From: Laetmonice hystrix
Taxonomy: Eukaryota
Reading direction: 5' to 3'
DNA: 64,000 nt
NCBI GenBank assembly: GCA_965235115.1
Contig: OZ249444.1
Coordinates: forward strand, 18,414,001-18,478,000
Shown here: piece after piece, positions 24,233 through 37,294 of the stretch
How positions within the stretch are numbered: the first letter of the stretch is position 1
How the letters are laid out: every line of letters begins with the position of its first letter
Notes under the pieces: generated by a model
Told to the model about the DNA's origin: nothing
Seen by the model: only the letters and a program-made list of their open reading frames with translations
Databases searched by the model: none
Made by a program: the position numbers and the translations under genes

Positions 24233-25342
24233 CTCAGTATAGAAACCCGCTCAGCCGTCCAAGGCTCAAGCTGAGACGATTGTGAATCACATTTGATTAT
24301 GTGGTCATTGAATGGATACTTTATAAGGGGGGGGGAAGGCAAATACTTGTTTGTTTCAATGTATTTCGTGGCAATGTTTTGTACCTAGGTCTAATATTAA
24401 GCATTTCCATGTTTTGCGATTACCATTAAAGTATATCTTTAGGTTTGTTTATATACGAATCGTGTGACCATTGAAACAGATTTCAAGTTTCAAGTTCAAG
24501 GTATTATATTCCCCTTATAATATGAGCCCAAAGATTAAGATTAATTATGACATGTATTTAATCTTAACGTATAGTATGCTTTCACTGATTTTCAGTTAAA
24601 TATTTCCTCCATGGTCTCATTTATAGAAACCAATAAATATGTGAAGGATCGGAACTTTTGTAATCATGTTTCGGGAATGTCTCATAATGACATCTAACAT
24701 TTACTATGATTGTGGCACAATGCCTCTTTGTTTGAAATTAGTTATTGTCCGTAAATAATTATTTGAGAGCTCGGGGGAAGGATTACCACTTGCACATTAA
24801 TATTATATGCCTCCCAGCAGAGCAGGCGAAACGTATTTATTATGTGTGTTCATTATAGGGAAATAAGGCGCATCTGTACATGCGGTCAAATTTATCCCTG
24901 ACATGTCGGTTAATTCAAACTGATGTGTTCTTATATAATAATGTTATCAGCAATCCCAGGTGTGAGAGCGGCTACCGAACAAACTGCCTTCTCTCTTTGG
25001 CTATTGTCCCAACAAAGCTGGTTAAAGGTTTTTTTTTCTCCCTTATATAATTGCCATTAAGATGTTAATTACATCCAGGCCTACTGTAAAGGAGATAAAC
25101 TATAAGTGTTGTTGATGGGACTACTCATAGAAGTCCAGGTTTAGTGCCAGACGGTATCTATACTTCTAAAGTGTTAAATCATTTCTATTGTATACGGGGC
25201 ACCAAATTTATGGTAGGCCGTGGGAGGTAATTGGTGTCAATTGTTCTCAGCGAGCAGGTGTTGTAGTACTCGGCTTTCACCAGCCTCTCCAATCTGACAT
25301 AATACATAGTGCATGGGTAAACAACTAGTATATAATGTGTAT

Positions 25343-25578
25343 ATAATTACGGGATTAATCTGTACCCCATACACAAACTGTGATGTGTCCCTGCCCCCGA
25401 TATACGAATGATCCATACATTATAAATGTAGAATTCTGGGTGTGGAACATAGTTAGATAATTACGGGATTAATCTGTACCCCATACACAAACTGTGATGT
25501 GTCCCTGCCCCCTCCCCCCGATATACGAATGATCCCTACATTATAAATGTAGAATTCTGGGTGTGGAACATAGTTAGA
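25343..25578 (+). repeat. 114-bp tandem duplication
   Basis: ataattacgggattaatctgtaccccatacacaaactgtgatgtgtccctgccccc...tgggtgtggaacatagttag starts at 25343 and again at 25457. The second copy has a short C-run expansion and one substitution. Confidence 0.93.
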
Positions 25579-27269
25579 CCTATACATTCTAATAGAACAA
25601 TAACAAATTGCTCGATCACCGAAGCAGATATTTCAAAGACTTACCCGTGCGATGTGTCTATACAAACATGATGATATTATATGAAACCAAAATAAAATAA
25701 CCAGAAATGTTATCATACACAAATTTCCTTGCTTACCGTAAAAAACGTCTCCATATACATGTATACGTATAGCGTGGGTGTATATGATGGGAGTCTGCCA
25801 CGCTGTAGGACTACCGTCCCAGCACCACCAGTCTGCCGGCCGGTGTCGGTACACCGAGGGACCGTTTGATCCTCACCCCGTCCCGACTAATGTTATCAGT
25901 CAGGTGATCCTTGACTGGATTTAACTGGAAGCAGACTTCCGTCTTGATCAAAGAGTTCTAGCTGGTCACGGTTTGCTAATCCTCACTCACTGAGTTAGCA
26001 GACGGCGGCTCGGCATGCAGGCAAACATTGGGGTATTGTTAGAATCTCATTGTCAATAGGAGCGTAGTATTGAGGTTCGCGGGGAAATGCTTGGGTCTTA
26101 TCTACATACGGTAAAAATCTACCTTTAGTCGTGTAATCATTATCAACCAGACATAGAAAGAAGCACGCAGGGTGCAAGTGTCAAGGATTGTATTATAATA
26201 ATTTCAGTGTACCGTATGCACACACAGACACAGACATAACTAACCAAATATATAAAGTGCAATATCGGCGTTCATTATAAAGTTGCATTTGATTTAAATG
26301 ACAATGAAGCTCATATTATAGGATTTGCTGACTCTATCACGGAGAAAATCCTCGCTCTTTTCTCGCTCAAATTCTTGGCAGATAACATTGCCTGCAACAC
26401 CAGGTCACCTCTTTTAAAGATTGCTTACAAAAGTCAATGTGTTATGTCAAGAGAACTATATAATATACATTATTTGACCATAATGACACGACTCGTATAT
26501 GTGCAGTCACTATTATCTAGTACAAACTGACTCGTTCAGATAACATCTCTATATATTTGATCAATCACTCGACCAAGGAAATCGATAAGACAAGTATTAT
26601 TGCTATAGTTTACCACTGCCAGGTATCAATCCGATTGCACTAACCTCCATGTGATAATACTGGGTGCTCAGCTGCATACCACCGTACGCCATTATTACTT
26701 TGGACAATCGGTAGAACAACTAGCTGGAACGGTTGGAACAACGCCCCCTGTATAGTAGTACTGTAATAAATTTAGTCAATTGTTGAAATCCATTAACCTA
26801 GATGTCTCTCCGAATATCATAGCAAATGTCCAGTGCAGGAACCAAAAGGTCTATTTTTCTGTTTTGACCATCGAGCAGACCTGTAGAAGTACGAGTAGTA
26901 ACTTAAAAAGATAATGTATTTGCTTAAATAAATTCTCAGTGGGGTTGCGGGGTAGGATGTGTGTGGAGGTGGCCGAGCCGGTGAATGTCTCGGTGGGTGC
27001 AGTGGATGCAGCGCCGTGTTTTGGTGCCGATTGACCTTGTCATCCTTGTTTCATCTTCTGTGCCAGCTTTAAGTCGGCTGTGATCTTCACAATGTGATCT
27101 TCACAATGCCTACGAGAAGTGTTTCATCTTCAGTGTCGCCATTACATTGATGTGTAAAGGAAAGGTTAGATAAAAGAGTCGCTCCATTCCTGTCGTTGCT
27201 TGCACCGATTTTATATAGGGATGATCGTTTTGTTCGAGCGGAGCTTACACGTTGCCTTTGACTGGAAGG

Positions 27270-27860
27270 TCTTTCAGCATGGCATTGACATGGTGTGATA
27301 AAACTGATCCTTGCATATAAGGCACACAGGCGTCGCTTGGAGAGAATGGATTGATTGCAGCGATGGAAGAGGCGGAGTGGGCGGCAGGGGGTACGGGGTA
27401 CTAAAGTCCTTTTTTCTCCTGGACAATCTCCTCAATATCATTCCCTGATGTCTTTGGCTGGTCGCAATGAAAGGCGCATTGAGTGGGCCATAGATTAGGC
27501 GCCACCTCACACTTAGCCCGGCATTGATCACGCCTAGCTTGGATCCCTGCCTGGCCCGCGACCCCCTGTTGTCGGCCATTGTTTTCCTCCACCTTTCAAG
27601 GTTTATCGGGGGTGGCGGTGCGGTTGTAGGGGTCCTCCCGCCGGGTCCTGTATACCGCCCGGCTCTCCGCCCGCACCGCCCCGGCGAGTGCCCCACTGTG
27701 GCCCGCATTAAGAGGTTTTGTGCCGCGACAACTGTGAGGGACGTGAAGCAGCAAACTCGGACTGATTCAGGGAGGCTGGCCATTATTGTGATCACAAAAC
27801 AAAGCCGTGAAGAGATCGATACATTGTATTGTATTAGGTTTGCCCGTCAGGCTGAAGCCT
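27270..27860. promoter_or_regulatory. Candidate upstream enhancer block
   Basis: GC-rich unique sequence ~4 kb upstream of SoxB2, with CCATTGTT (27576), GCATTGA twice, AACAAAG and TAAT motifs. Confidence 0.4.
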
Positions 27861-27941
27861 CTCTCCGTCCTCTTACCCTCGGCTGGTGGACGAGGTGGCC
27901 TCAGCGACAGGGCCAGGGCGAGTCGGTGTGTGGAGGATAGC

Positions 27942-29330
27942 GTGTGAGGTGGTATACTGGGGTAGTGGGTGAGGTGGCCGGGTATACTGGGGTAGTGGGT
28001 GAGGTGGGTATACTGGGGTAGTGGGTGAGGTGGGTATACTGGGTAGTGGGTGAGGTGGGTATACTGGGGTAGTGGGTGAGGTGGGTATACTGGGGTAGTG
28101 GGTGAGGTGGGTATACTGGGGTAGTGTGTGAGGTGGGTATACTGGGGTAGTGGGTGAGGTGGGTATACTGGGGTAGTGTGTGAGGTGGGTATACTGGGGT
28201 AGTGGGTGAGGTGGGTATACTGGGTAGTGGGTGAGGTGGGTATACTGGGGTAGTGGGTGAGGTGGCCGGGGTATACTGGGGTAGTGGGTAAGGTGGGTAT
28301 ACTGGGGTAGTGGGTGAGGTGGCCGGGTATACTGGGGTAGTGGGCGAGGTGGGTATACTGGGGTAGTGAGTGAGGTGGGTATACTGGGGTAGTGGGTGAG
28401 GTGGGTATACTGGGTAGTGGGTGAGGTGGCCGGGATATACTGGGGTAGTGGGTGAGGTGGGTATACTGGGGTAGTGGGTGAGGTGGGTATACTGGGTAGT
28501 GGGTGAGGTGGGTATACTGGGGTAGTGGGTGAGGTGGGTATACTGGGGTAGTGGGTGAGGTGGGTATACTGGGGTAGTGTGTGAGGTGGGTATACTGGGG
28601 TAGTGGGTGAGGTGGGTATACTGGGGTAGTGTGTGAGGTGGGTATACTGGGGTAGTGGGTGAGGTGGGTATACTGGGTAGTGGGTGAGGTGGGTATACTG
28701 GGGTAGTGGGTGAGGTGGCCGGGGTATACTGGGGTAGTGGGTAAGGTGGGTATACTGGGGTAGTGGGTGAGGTGGCCGGGTATACTGGGGTAGTGGGCGA
28801 GGTGGGTATACTGGGGTAGTGAGTGAGGTGGGTATACTGGGGTAGTGGGTGAGGTGGTATACTGGGGTAGTGGGTGAGGTGGCCGGGATATACTGGGTAG
28901 TGGGTGAGGTGGGTATACTGGGGTAGTGGGTGAGGTGGGTATACTGGGGTAGTGGGTGAGGTGGGTATACTGGGGTAGTGGGTGAGGTGGGTATACTGGG
29001 GTAGTGGGTGAGGTGGGTATACTGGGGTAGTAGGTGAGGTGGGTATACTGGGGTAGTGGGTGAGGTGGTATACTGGGGTAGTGGGTGAGGTGGGTATACT
29101 TGGGTAGTGGGTGAGGTGGGTATACTGGGGTAGTGGGTAAGGTGGGTATACTGGGGTAGTGGGTGAGGTGGGTATACTGGGGTAGTAGGTGAGGTGGGTA
29201 TACTGGGGTAGTGGGTGAGGTGGCCGGGTATACTGGGGTAGTGGGTAAGGTGGGTATACTGGGGTAGTGGGTGAGGTGGGTATACTGGGGTAGTGGGTGA
29301 GGTGGGTATACTGGGGTTAGTGGGTGAGGT
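27942..29330 (+). repeat. G-rich 26-bp minisatellite (~52 copies) with ~450-bp higher-order duplication
   Basis: Unit gggtatactggggtagtgggtgaggt, with interspersed ggccgg-containing longer units. The rare marker tgggcga recurs at 28341 and 28794 with the same neighbouring variants. Confidence 0.97.
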
Positions 29331-31331
29331 GCCGGGGTATTACGATAGTAGTGGGTGAGGTGCCGTGGTATACGATAGTAGTGGGTGAGGTGGCCGGGGT
29401 ATACGATAGTAGTGGGTGAGGTGGCCGGGGTATACGATGGTAGTGGGTGAGGTGGCCGGGGTATACGATAGTAGTGGGGGAGGTGGCCGGGGTATACGAT
29501 GGTAGTGGGGGAGGTGACCGGGGTATACGATAGTAGTGGGGGAGGTGGCCGGGGTATACGATAGTAGTGGGTGAGGTGACCGGGGTATACGATAGTAGTG
29601 GGTGAGGTGGCCGTGGTATACGATGGTAGTGGGTGAGGTGGCCGGGGTATACGATGGTAGTGGGTGAGGTGACCGGGGTATACGATAGTAGTGGGTGAGG
29701 TGGCCGGGGTATACGATAGTAGTGGGGGAGGTGGCCGGGGTATACGATGGTAGTGTGTGAGGTGGCCGGGGTATACGATGGTAGTGGGTGAGGTGGCCGG
29801 GGTATACGATAGTAGTGGGGGAGGTGGCCGGGGTATACGATGGTAGTGGGGGAGGTGGCCGGGGTATACGATGGTAGTGGGGGAGGTGACCGGAGTATAC
29901 GATAGTAGTGGGGGAGGTGGCCGGGGTATACGATGGTAGTGTGTGAGGTGGCCGGGGTATACGATGGTAGTGGGTGAGGTGGCCGGGGTATACGATAGTA
30001 GTGGGTGAGGTGACCGGGGTATACGATGGTAGTGGGTGAGGTGGCCGTGGTATACGATGGTAGTGGGTGAGGTGACCGGGGTATACGATGGTAGTGGGTG
30101 AGGTGGCCGTGGTATACGATGGTAGTGGGTGAGGTGACCGGGGTATACGATGGTAGTGGGTGAGGTGGCCGGAGTATACGATAGTAGTGGGGGAGGTGGC
30201 CGGGGTATACGATAGTAGTGGGGGAGGTGGCCGGGGTATACGATAGTAGTGGGGGAGGTGGCCGGGGTATACGATGGTAGTGTGTGAGGTGGCCGGGGTA
30301 TACGATGGTAGTGGGTGAGGTGGCCGGGGTATACGATAGTAGTGGGTGAGGTGACCGGGGTATACGATGGTAGTGGGTGAGGTGGCCGTGGTATACGATG
30401 GTAGTGGGTGAGGTGACCGGGGTATACGATGGTAGTGGGTGAGGTGGCCGGAGTATACGATAGTAGTGGGGGAGGTGGCCGGGGTATACGATGGTAGTGG
30501 GGGAGGTGGCCGGGGTATACGATAGTAGTGGGGGAGGTGGCCGGGGTATACGATGGTAGTGTGTGAGGTGGCCGGGGTATACGATGGTAGTGGGTGAGGT
30601 GGCCGGGGTATACGATGGTAGTGGGTGAGGTGGCCGGGGTATACGATGGTAGTGGGGGAGGTGACCGGGGTATACGATGGTAGTGGGGGAGGTGGCCGGG
30701 GTATACGATAGTAGTGGGGGAGGTGGCCGGGGTATACGATGGTAGTGGGTGAGGTGACCGGGGTATACGATGGTAGTGGGTGAGGTGGCCGGGGTATACG
30801 ATGGTAGTGGGTGAGGTGGCCGGGGTATACGATGGTAGTGGGGGAGGTGACCGGGGTATACGATGGTAGTGGGGGAGGTGGCCGGGGTATACGATAGTAG
30901 TGGGGGAGGTGGCCGGGGTATACGATGGTAGTGGGTGAGGTGGCCGGGGTATACGATAGTAGTGGGTGAGGTGACCGAGGTATACGATAGTAGTGGGTGA
31001 GGTGACAGGGGTATACGATGGTAGTGGGTGAGGTGGCCGTGGTATACGATGGTAGTGGGTGAGGTGACCGTGGTATACGATGGTAGTGGGTGAGGTGGCC
31101 GGGGTATACGATGGTAGTGGGTGAGGTGACCGTGGTATACGATGGTAGTGGGTGAGGTGGCCGGGGTATACGATAGTAGTGGGTGAGGTGACCGGGGTAT
31201 ACGATGGTAGTGGGTGAGGTGACCGGGGTATACGATAGTAGTGGGTGAGGTGACCGAGGTATACGATAGTAGTGGGTGAGGTGACCGAGGTATACGATAG
31301 TAGTGGGGGAGGTGACCGGGGTATACGATAG
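29331..31331 (+). repeat. G-rich 31-bp minisatellite (~64 copies)
   Basis: Unit ggggtatacgat(a/g)gtagtggg(t/g)gaggtg(g/a)cc. It directly abuts the 26-bp array and is clearly related to it. Confidence 0.97.
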
Positions 31332-34300
31332 TTGTTGGAGACCCATGCACACATTTAAATGACCTTAGAGTTCAGTTTGTGTACGTCACATTGATACCCC
31401 ACCAGTTACGTGTATATTACCGGTGTAACAACCCAGACTGTACCCCCAGTGAGATGTATGTACAGAAGTTCAGTCTGGAGATCTTGGGTGCGATAATCAC
31501 CGGGGGAGTACATGTATACAGTCTAGAGTGGGGGGGGGGGGGTGGAGTTGTTTAACCAAGGCTGTTACACCGGGCTATGGTGGCATATACTCGATGTATG
31601 ATCCCCACGAAGGGTTGAGGCTGGGGGTGGCAGTCTGCCTGTTCCCAGCCGTGGGGGAGGCGCGGTTACCCCCCCCCCCCCCACTCCCGCCATCATGACC
31701 GACAAATTGGTTGCGTCCATAGGGGGCTGACAATACGGCCGGACACGTGGCCCCGTATTGTCCCTGTCATTGACTGCGCACGCACACATGCACGGACAGA
31801 ATGGCTGCAAATGGGCGCGTTTCATTAACCCTGGCGGTCTAGGCAGGAAACATGCCGGCGAACTTTTAGCCGAACCCGTCTTTTGAATGACCACAGGCTA
31901 CTTTGGCCGCCAAGACACGTAGACAAGATACAAACGGAGAGACGTTTGTGAGCCAGCCATTGGCAATGTGATTTGACAAGGGCACTTCAATTGATGCCGC
32001 TTCTATGGGGGCCAGAATGGCAGCAAGTAGCCAAATAGCGGACATCTCTAAGACATGGTTTTATTGAAGTCAACCGGAGGATCTCGCTATAAAGCTTATG
32101 TAAAGTGAATCGACTGTTGAAACGAGGCTCTCCTTTGGCCGCATGTCAGTTCTTTAAGGTTCCTCTTGGTCGAACAAAAGGCAGTCGATGCATTAACGCA
32201 AGGCCACTCTGCCAAGATACGGAGGCCTAGCCCTAGTGTGCCCTTTTATCACAGGCCCCTTAAGCTCAATAGGACACACTTGTGTCTAATAGAACTCCAT
32301 GGAGAAGCTTATTTTTGTCGGGTGGACTTTTCAGGCCATCGTCTCACATCGTTCTGATGGTCGCAATTTCATCGGGAAATGCCATCATAAAGGGAGCGCT
32401 GAATTGAGCTTATTAATGCGAAGATGGCGCGGCAATTTTAGTGCGGTAAATTGTATTGAATCCGACTACTCGGGAGACTGTACCCTGAAATTGCAGGCAG
32501 TGTAAAAATTTCGTTCGCTTATTTCATCAATTTATACCGACCGGCGATAGTGGCAGCGGTTTATTGAATATTACCATAGCGTAGCTCATCTTGTGCTTGC
32601 TATAAGCCGTTATTAGAGCGGACAACCGATGTGCAAATAATAAATAGTGGATGGGCAGGAAAATCTCGCTGCCTGTTTGTAGTGGGAACAATAATCTTCA
32701 TGTGATTATTAAACTTCTTACTTGGAAATATGGATAACAAAATGAATTCGTAAATAAACGTAGTGGTATTGTTACGATAATCAATTTATGTTTGGTTTCC
32801 TAACTACCGAATAATTTACTACCTATTGCACCTTTCTTGGAATGATTAGAAATAAATAAAATATAATAAAAATACCTACAAAATAGAAATCGTTGAATTA
32901 CCTGCCAATCCGTATAGGTTCATTGTCATTTCGTACTTTACTGTCATCTCATACATCGGTAAGGCAGAGGGATGTTTTTCAAGAAGAAAAAAGAAAAAAA
33001 AAGGGAGGGGGATCTGGGAGGCCTTGATATTATTACCAATTTCCTTCATATCTCTCGTTTCTATGTGACAACCAATACAAGACACCATGTAATGAAATCA
33101 ACATTCCCTCTGACAGTGCTTGTTTGTCATGAAGTTTTGTATATGCCACTGAATTGGAAATATTGGAAATACAGTCAGACTCCCTCCCTCTTCCGTAGAG
33201 GCATAGCGTCCCCAACCAGCTAACGTAGTAAGGAAGGGGCGGTATTTGCACATTAGAGCAATAAGCACTGCACTATGAGTGTATCTAAGCATCAGTAGTT
33301 GTGATGAAATAGCTTTTTTAGATGTGACACTTTAAATATGGTGATTTAGGATCAATACGCAGATTTCTAGTTCTTTCTTACACCAATAAAGGAAGACCAG
33401 CCATGCAGTGATGTTCTATGTGTTTTAGCCTTGAGGCTGGTCTGAGCCTTGGACGGTTGTATAGGGCGGGATGAAGGTGTTTGTTCAATATCCCCATATC
33501 GTAAATAACAAGGATGCATTCGTGTATAATACTTTAAGTCATGCTATCGACGACAGTTTGACCTCCTGCATGATCCCGAAGGAAATCGGCCAGGCCTCCA
33601 ATGAAAATAAGGATCACCCATTCTACATTGCCTTAAAAAAGTTACGGTTGTTTCTGATTAATGTTCACAGTTTGTACAGCCAGGCGTGTGCCAAGAGCCT
33701 TTTGTCAGTGCATTATTGCGAGCATAGCGGATCCTGTATAATAGAAGGATTTGTACATTAAAGTCGCTCCTTAGTATAACGGTAACACGTTTGGTACACG
33801 AAGGTGTGAATATATGCCTGTGTATGTGTTACACCGTGATAATAGGTTCAGTTGCTCCAGGGGATTATTACATTTCAATAACATAACAAGAGCCGTTTCA
33901 ATAGCAAAGTGAGTGCAATTGATTTGAATGTAAAGATCATGAATGCTTATATTATTAGTAGCTAGTGGTTGTACATTGCTCCAGTGGTTTATGTCATTTG
34001 CCCCTGTATCCGATCAGAGACGGAATACTTGACAATGACGTTAACAACAATATGGTTTAATTGAGAAGGCGGCAAGATCAAACAGGTTTCATTATACACG
34101 CCACAATGGGAACACGACTTACTGTGATTTCTCTAGTTCTGTGTGCAGTGTCGAAGAAAACAAGACCAGATAATAGTGATACCGCCTCAGGCGTCCATTA
34201 GGGTATTGTGCAACAAAGCGGTCGGGAAGGCAGTCTTATTGTAAGGGGTTCGTATCTGAATGCTAAAGACAATTGCCTGACAGCGAAATGGTCGATTTCA

Positions 34301-37104
34301 CTTCATGTTTGTCGCCCAGTTTTTCCATTTGAAATGATTAATGCATTCCGTCAGGAGTGTGCGGCGATATTTCTACTAATTTGTAAATTGCATGAATGAC
34401 CGCATATTACACAGCATACCTGATCTTTCCATGTGCGTACACGTATGAAATGTGTGTGTAGGGATGCAGGGATGTATGTCTATATGTACATGTGGGGTGC
34501 GTACATACATGTATGTGCGTGTATATATATGTAATACGTGTACATGTACTATATAGGAATGTATATCGTATATAGGCCTATAATTATGCGTAATGTAGGT
34601 AGGTGGATAGGTTACTCATACTTCCATGGGCGCCTTCATAGATGGACATATATATGTATGATTTTGTAGAACGGGTTGTTCAAACAGGCTTCAGCTCCTA
34701 TATGCGGACCGTACTTTGAAAGCAAAGATGTTAAGACTGAGAATGTCAACATCTTAGACCCTATGATATACATACAATTTCGCGTGGCCGCGAGCAATGG
34801 CACGTGGGCCTCAATTCTAGAAAACTTGCAAATCTGGATGTCGAGAGTCTACTTTTGCGACATACACTTTCTAGCATATCTATTCACGTTGTTCAGCAGA
34901 AACAAGAACCATAATTAGCAGGAGCTGTTACTTCAACGGAAGAATCCGGATTTCATATGTAGGCCTAGTCCTAGCTCTATGTATCCATATAAGGCGGTGT
35001 TATATAGGTATTGCGGCCATTGTGGACGGTTATAGTACTCCAAACAGCATCCATGGACGTAACCATACCTACAAGTATTTGAGGCGGGTGGTATTAATCT
35101 TGTACTTGGCGAGAAAGCAAATGGAAATGCATTTGGACATGAACGATTGGTGGCTTTTATCCAATAGCTGCCCATCCAATACAGGCACATCTGGCAATAG
35201 TGAGGTGATAATACGCGCTATTCAATAGAGTAAACAGTCAACCCACAAAGCATACACTGCCTCGTATTTCGAGTCACCATAGCACTCACTATGCCACTGA
35301 TACTGCCTCTAGATTCGCCGGAAATGAACAAAGTCGAACCGGAAACAGACCCGCGAGATCTCTTTATTACCAAACACGTACTTCATAAGGATCATTCTCA
35401 ACGAGATTTGCCAACCAATGGCTACCGCTCAAACGCACTGAAAAGTAAACGCAAATAGAAATTAACGCTCGACTTAGGAGTAAAGAGCAAGCAAACATTT
35501 AGAGAAAGATATTTCGCGCGTAATTTCAGTTGTTCAAAGTTGTTCAAAGGACGTGTGGAAAGCTGACATAATTGGTGTTCAGTGTGAGAGACGGTACACA
35601 ACAACCGAACCATTCATGTTTGCTCAAATCATTGACAGCAATATGAAATAGATATTTTCTTGTTAATAACAGTTCATTATTAGAGTTCAGCATCTTTATT
35701 GCACAATTCCCACTCCTTGGGCTCTCGAGCCTGGATTTAATATCACACAATCACCACAGTCAAGTGGGCATGTGCACACTGCCAGGCAGAAGCAAGCAAG
35801 GCACGGTGTTGAAACGATGGCGAAATTGGAGTATTTTGACTTTAAAACTGTGATGTCTGTTAGCTCCCATACTGTCAAGAGATGCGTCCTTTCCAAAGAC
35901 TCATGACAGAACACAAGTAGAGCAACTTGTGTCGCGCAATCGTTCCCCTTAAAAAGAATCTGCTAACCCTTGATCGAACGTTACCTAAAAGTTGAAAGCG
36001 TAGATCTTAGTACATTGGCCATCACAATTCTTAATTACAGATCACATGATGATATCTTGTTTTATATCTGGGTGTCCCTGTAAAATCCCAAGGAGTAAGA
36101 AATCCTCTGTTATCTCATCATTCAAAATTAGACTCGTTTTTTAAACTTCAAGATTGCAATTACAGGAAGCAATGCAATTATATTAAATCACAATTATGTC
36201 AGCCCTAATTAGTTGACATTGTTGTTATGTGCGGACAATGTCCATGAAGATGGGATGGTCAGTTGCTAGGACCCAGTAATGTCCAATTTAAAGTATGCCC
36301 TGAATGTCAGTTGTTGGTTGAAGTGGGAAGAATGGTTGACTGGTTATCAGCCCAACGTTGGGAGAGCATAGGCGTTGGATAGGATGTAGGCAACAATACG
36401 TATCCAAAATTCATTGTATGTCGTAAGAATAATTGAATAAGGACACAGGTGCTCCGAGAAATTGTTCACAGATTTGTCAGGAAGAGGATAAAATGGACAC
36501 ATTCAATCACAGGAAGTCTGTTTTCCCTGGTTGTCAACAATAGCTAACAATGACAACATTCTAGACTCGAGGTCTGCAGGCAATACTACCGCCAAGGGCA
36601 TTGTGACGCCCCTTTATACATCAGACTGCGCCCCTATTCCGTTAGATGCATAGCCCTCTTGCTCCTTTTCACGTGAAATGTAACGGCACAGAGGACAGGG
36701 GTACATATTTTAGAAACAACATCAAACAAAGGCCCTTGCATCGTGTCTATGGGTGCTCGTATTGAGCCTGCTTGGGGAAGCAGGGAGGGTTTTGTTGTCA
36801 AACTTTGACAGAATGGGATAGAGTGAACAGCGCCTCCACATTAGAGAGAAGACACATGGGCTTGTGCATGTGGATGTGCGCTCCATGGCGGCAAATTGTC
36901 TGAAACATGAAAGTCTTCCGAAGTTTCCTGTATACTAGAGATGTATATTACAATGTATATGGTTTGCGTGCAAACTTTTACTGTCATCCTCCCTAAAGTT
37001 CTGCATCTTTCTTATAGGTGACTTATGGCATATTTTCCTGGGCCTGGGCCCATGTTTTTCACTCGAACGACTGTCGGTGGCAGTATTTGCACTATCACCA
37101 TTAG

Positions 37105-37294
37105 GGGTGTGCATGTGCGCCTATATGTGAATATTGGGGTGCGCCTATATGTGAATATTGGGGGGGGGGGGGTGCTTATACCCGGAAATAAGCGCATGCG
37201 CCTATATCTGACGATTTTAGATTTTGAAATTTCCTCAAAAACCCGCAAAAATCCGCTTATAGGCGCACGCGCCTAAAGGTGCGTCAATACGGTA
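37105..37294. mobile_element. One end of a pogo/Tc1-like MITE (…aatacggta terminus)
   Basis: Ends in gcgtcaatacggta (reverse complement TACCGTATT…, a common TA+CCGT terminus). It has multiple gcgcctata subterminal motifs and a 24-bp tandem duplication (37115-37162). The matching other end was not found. Confidence 0.5.

Noticed and set aside
27767-31354. 1195-aa, 677-aa and 670-aa Pro/Thr/His/Tyr-rich ORFs on the minus strand
   Set aside because: All three frames are open only because the C-rich strand of the 26/31-bp units lacks stop codons. The unit lengths are not multiples of 3, so the peptide cycles through frames. This is a repeat artefact, not an extensin- or mucin-like gene.
33765-33860. 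tRNA-like A box (tagtataacgg) with a distant weak B box
   Set aside because: No cloverleaf could be built. At most it is a decayed SINE head.
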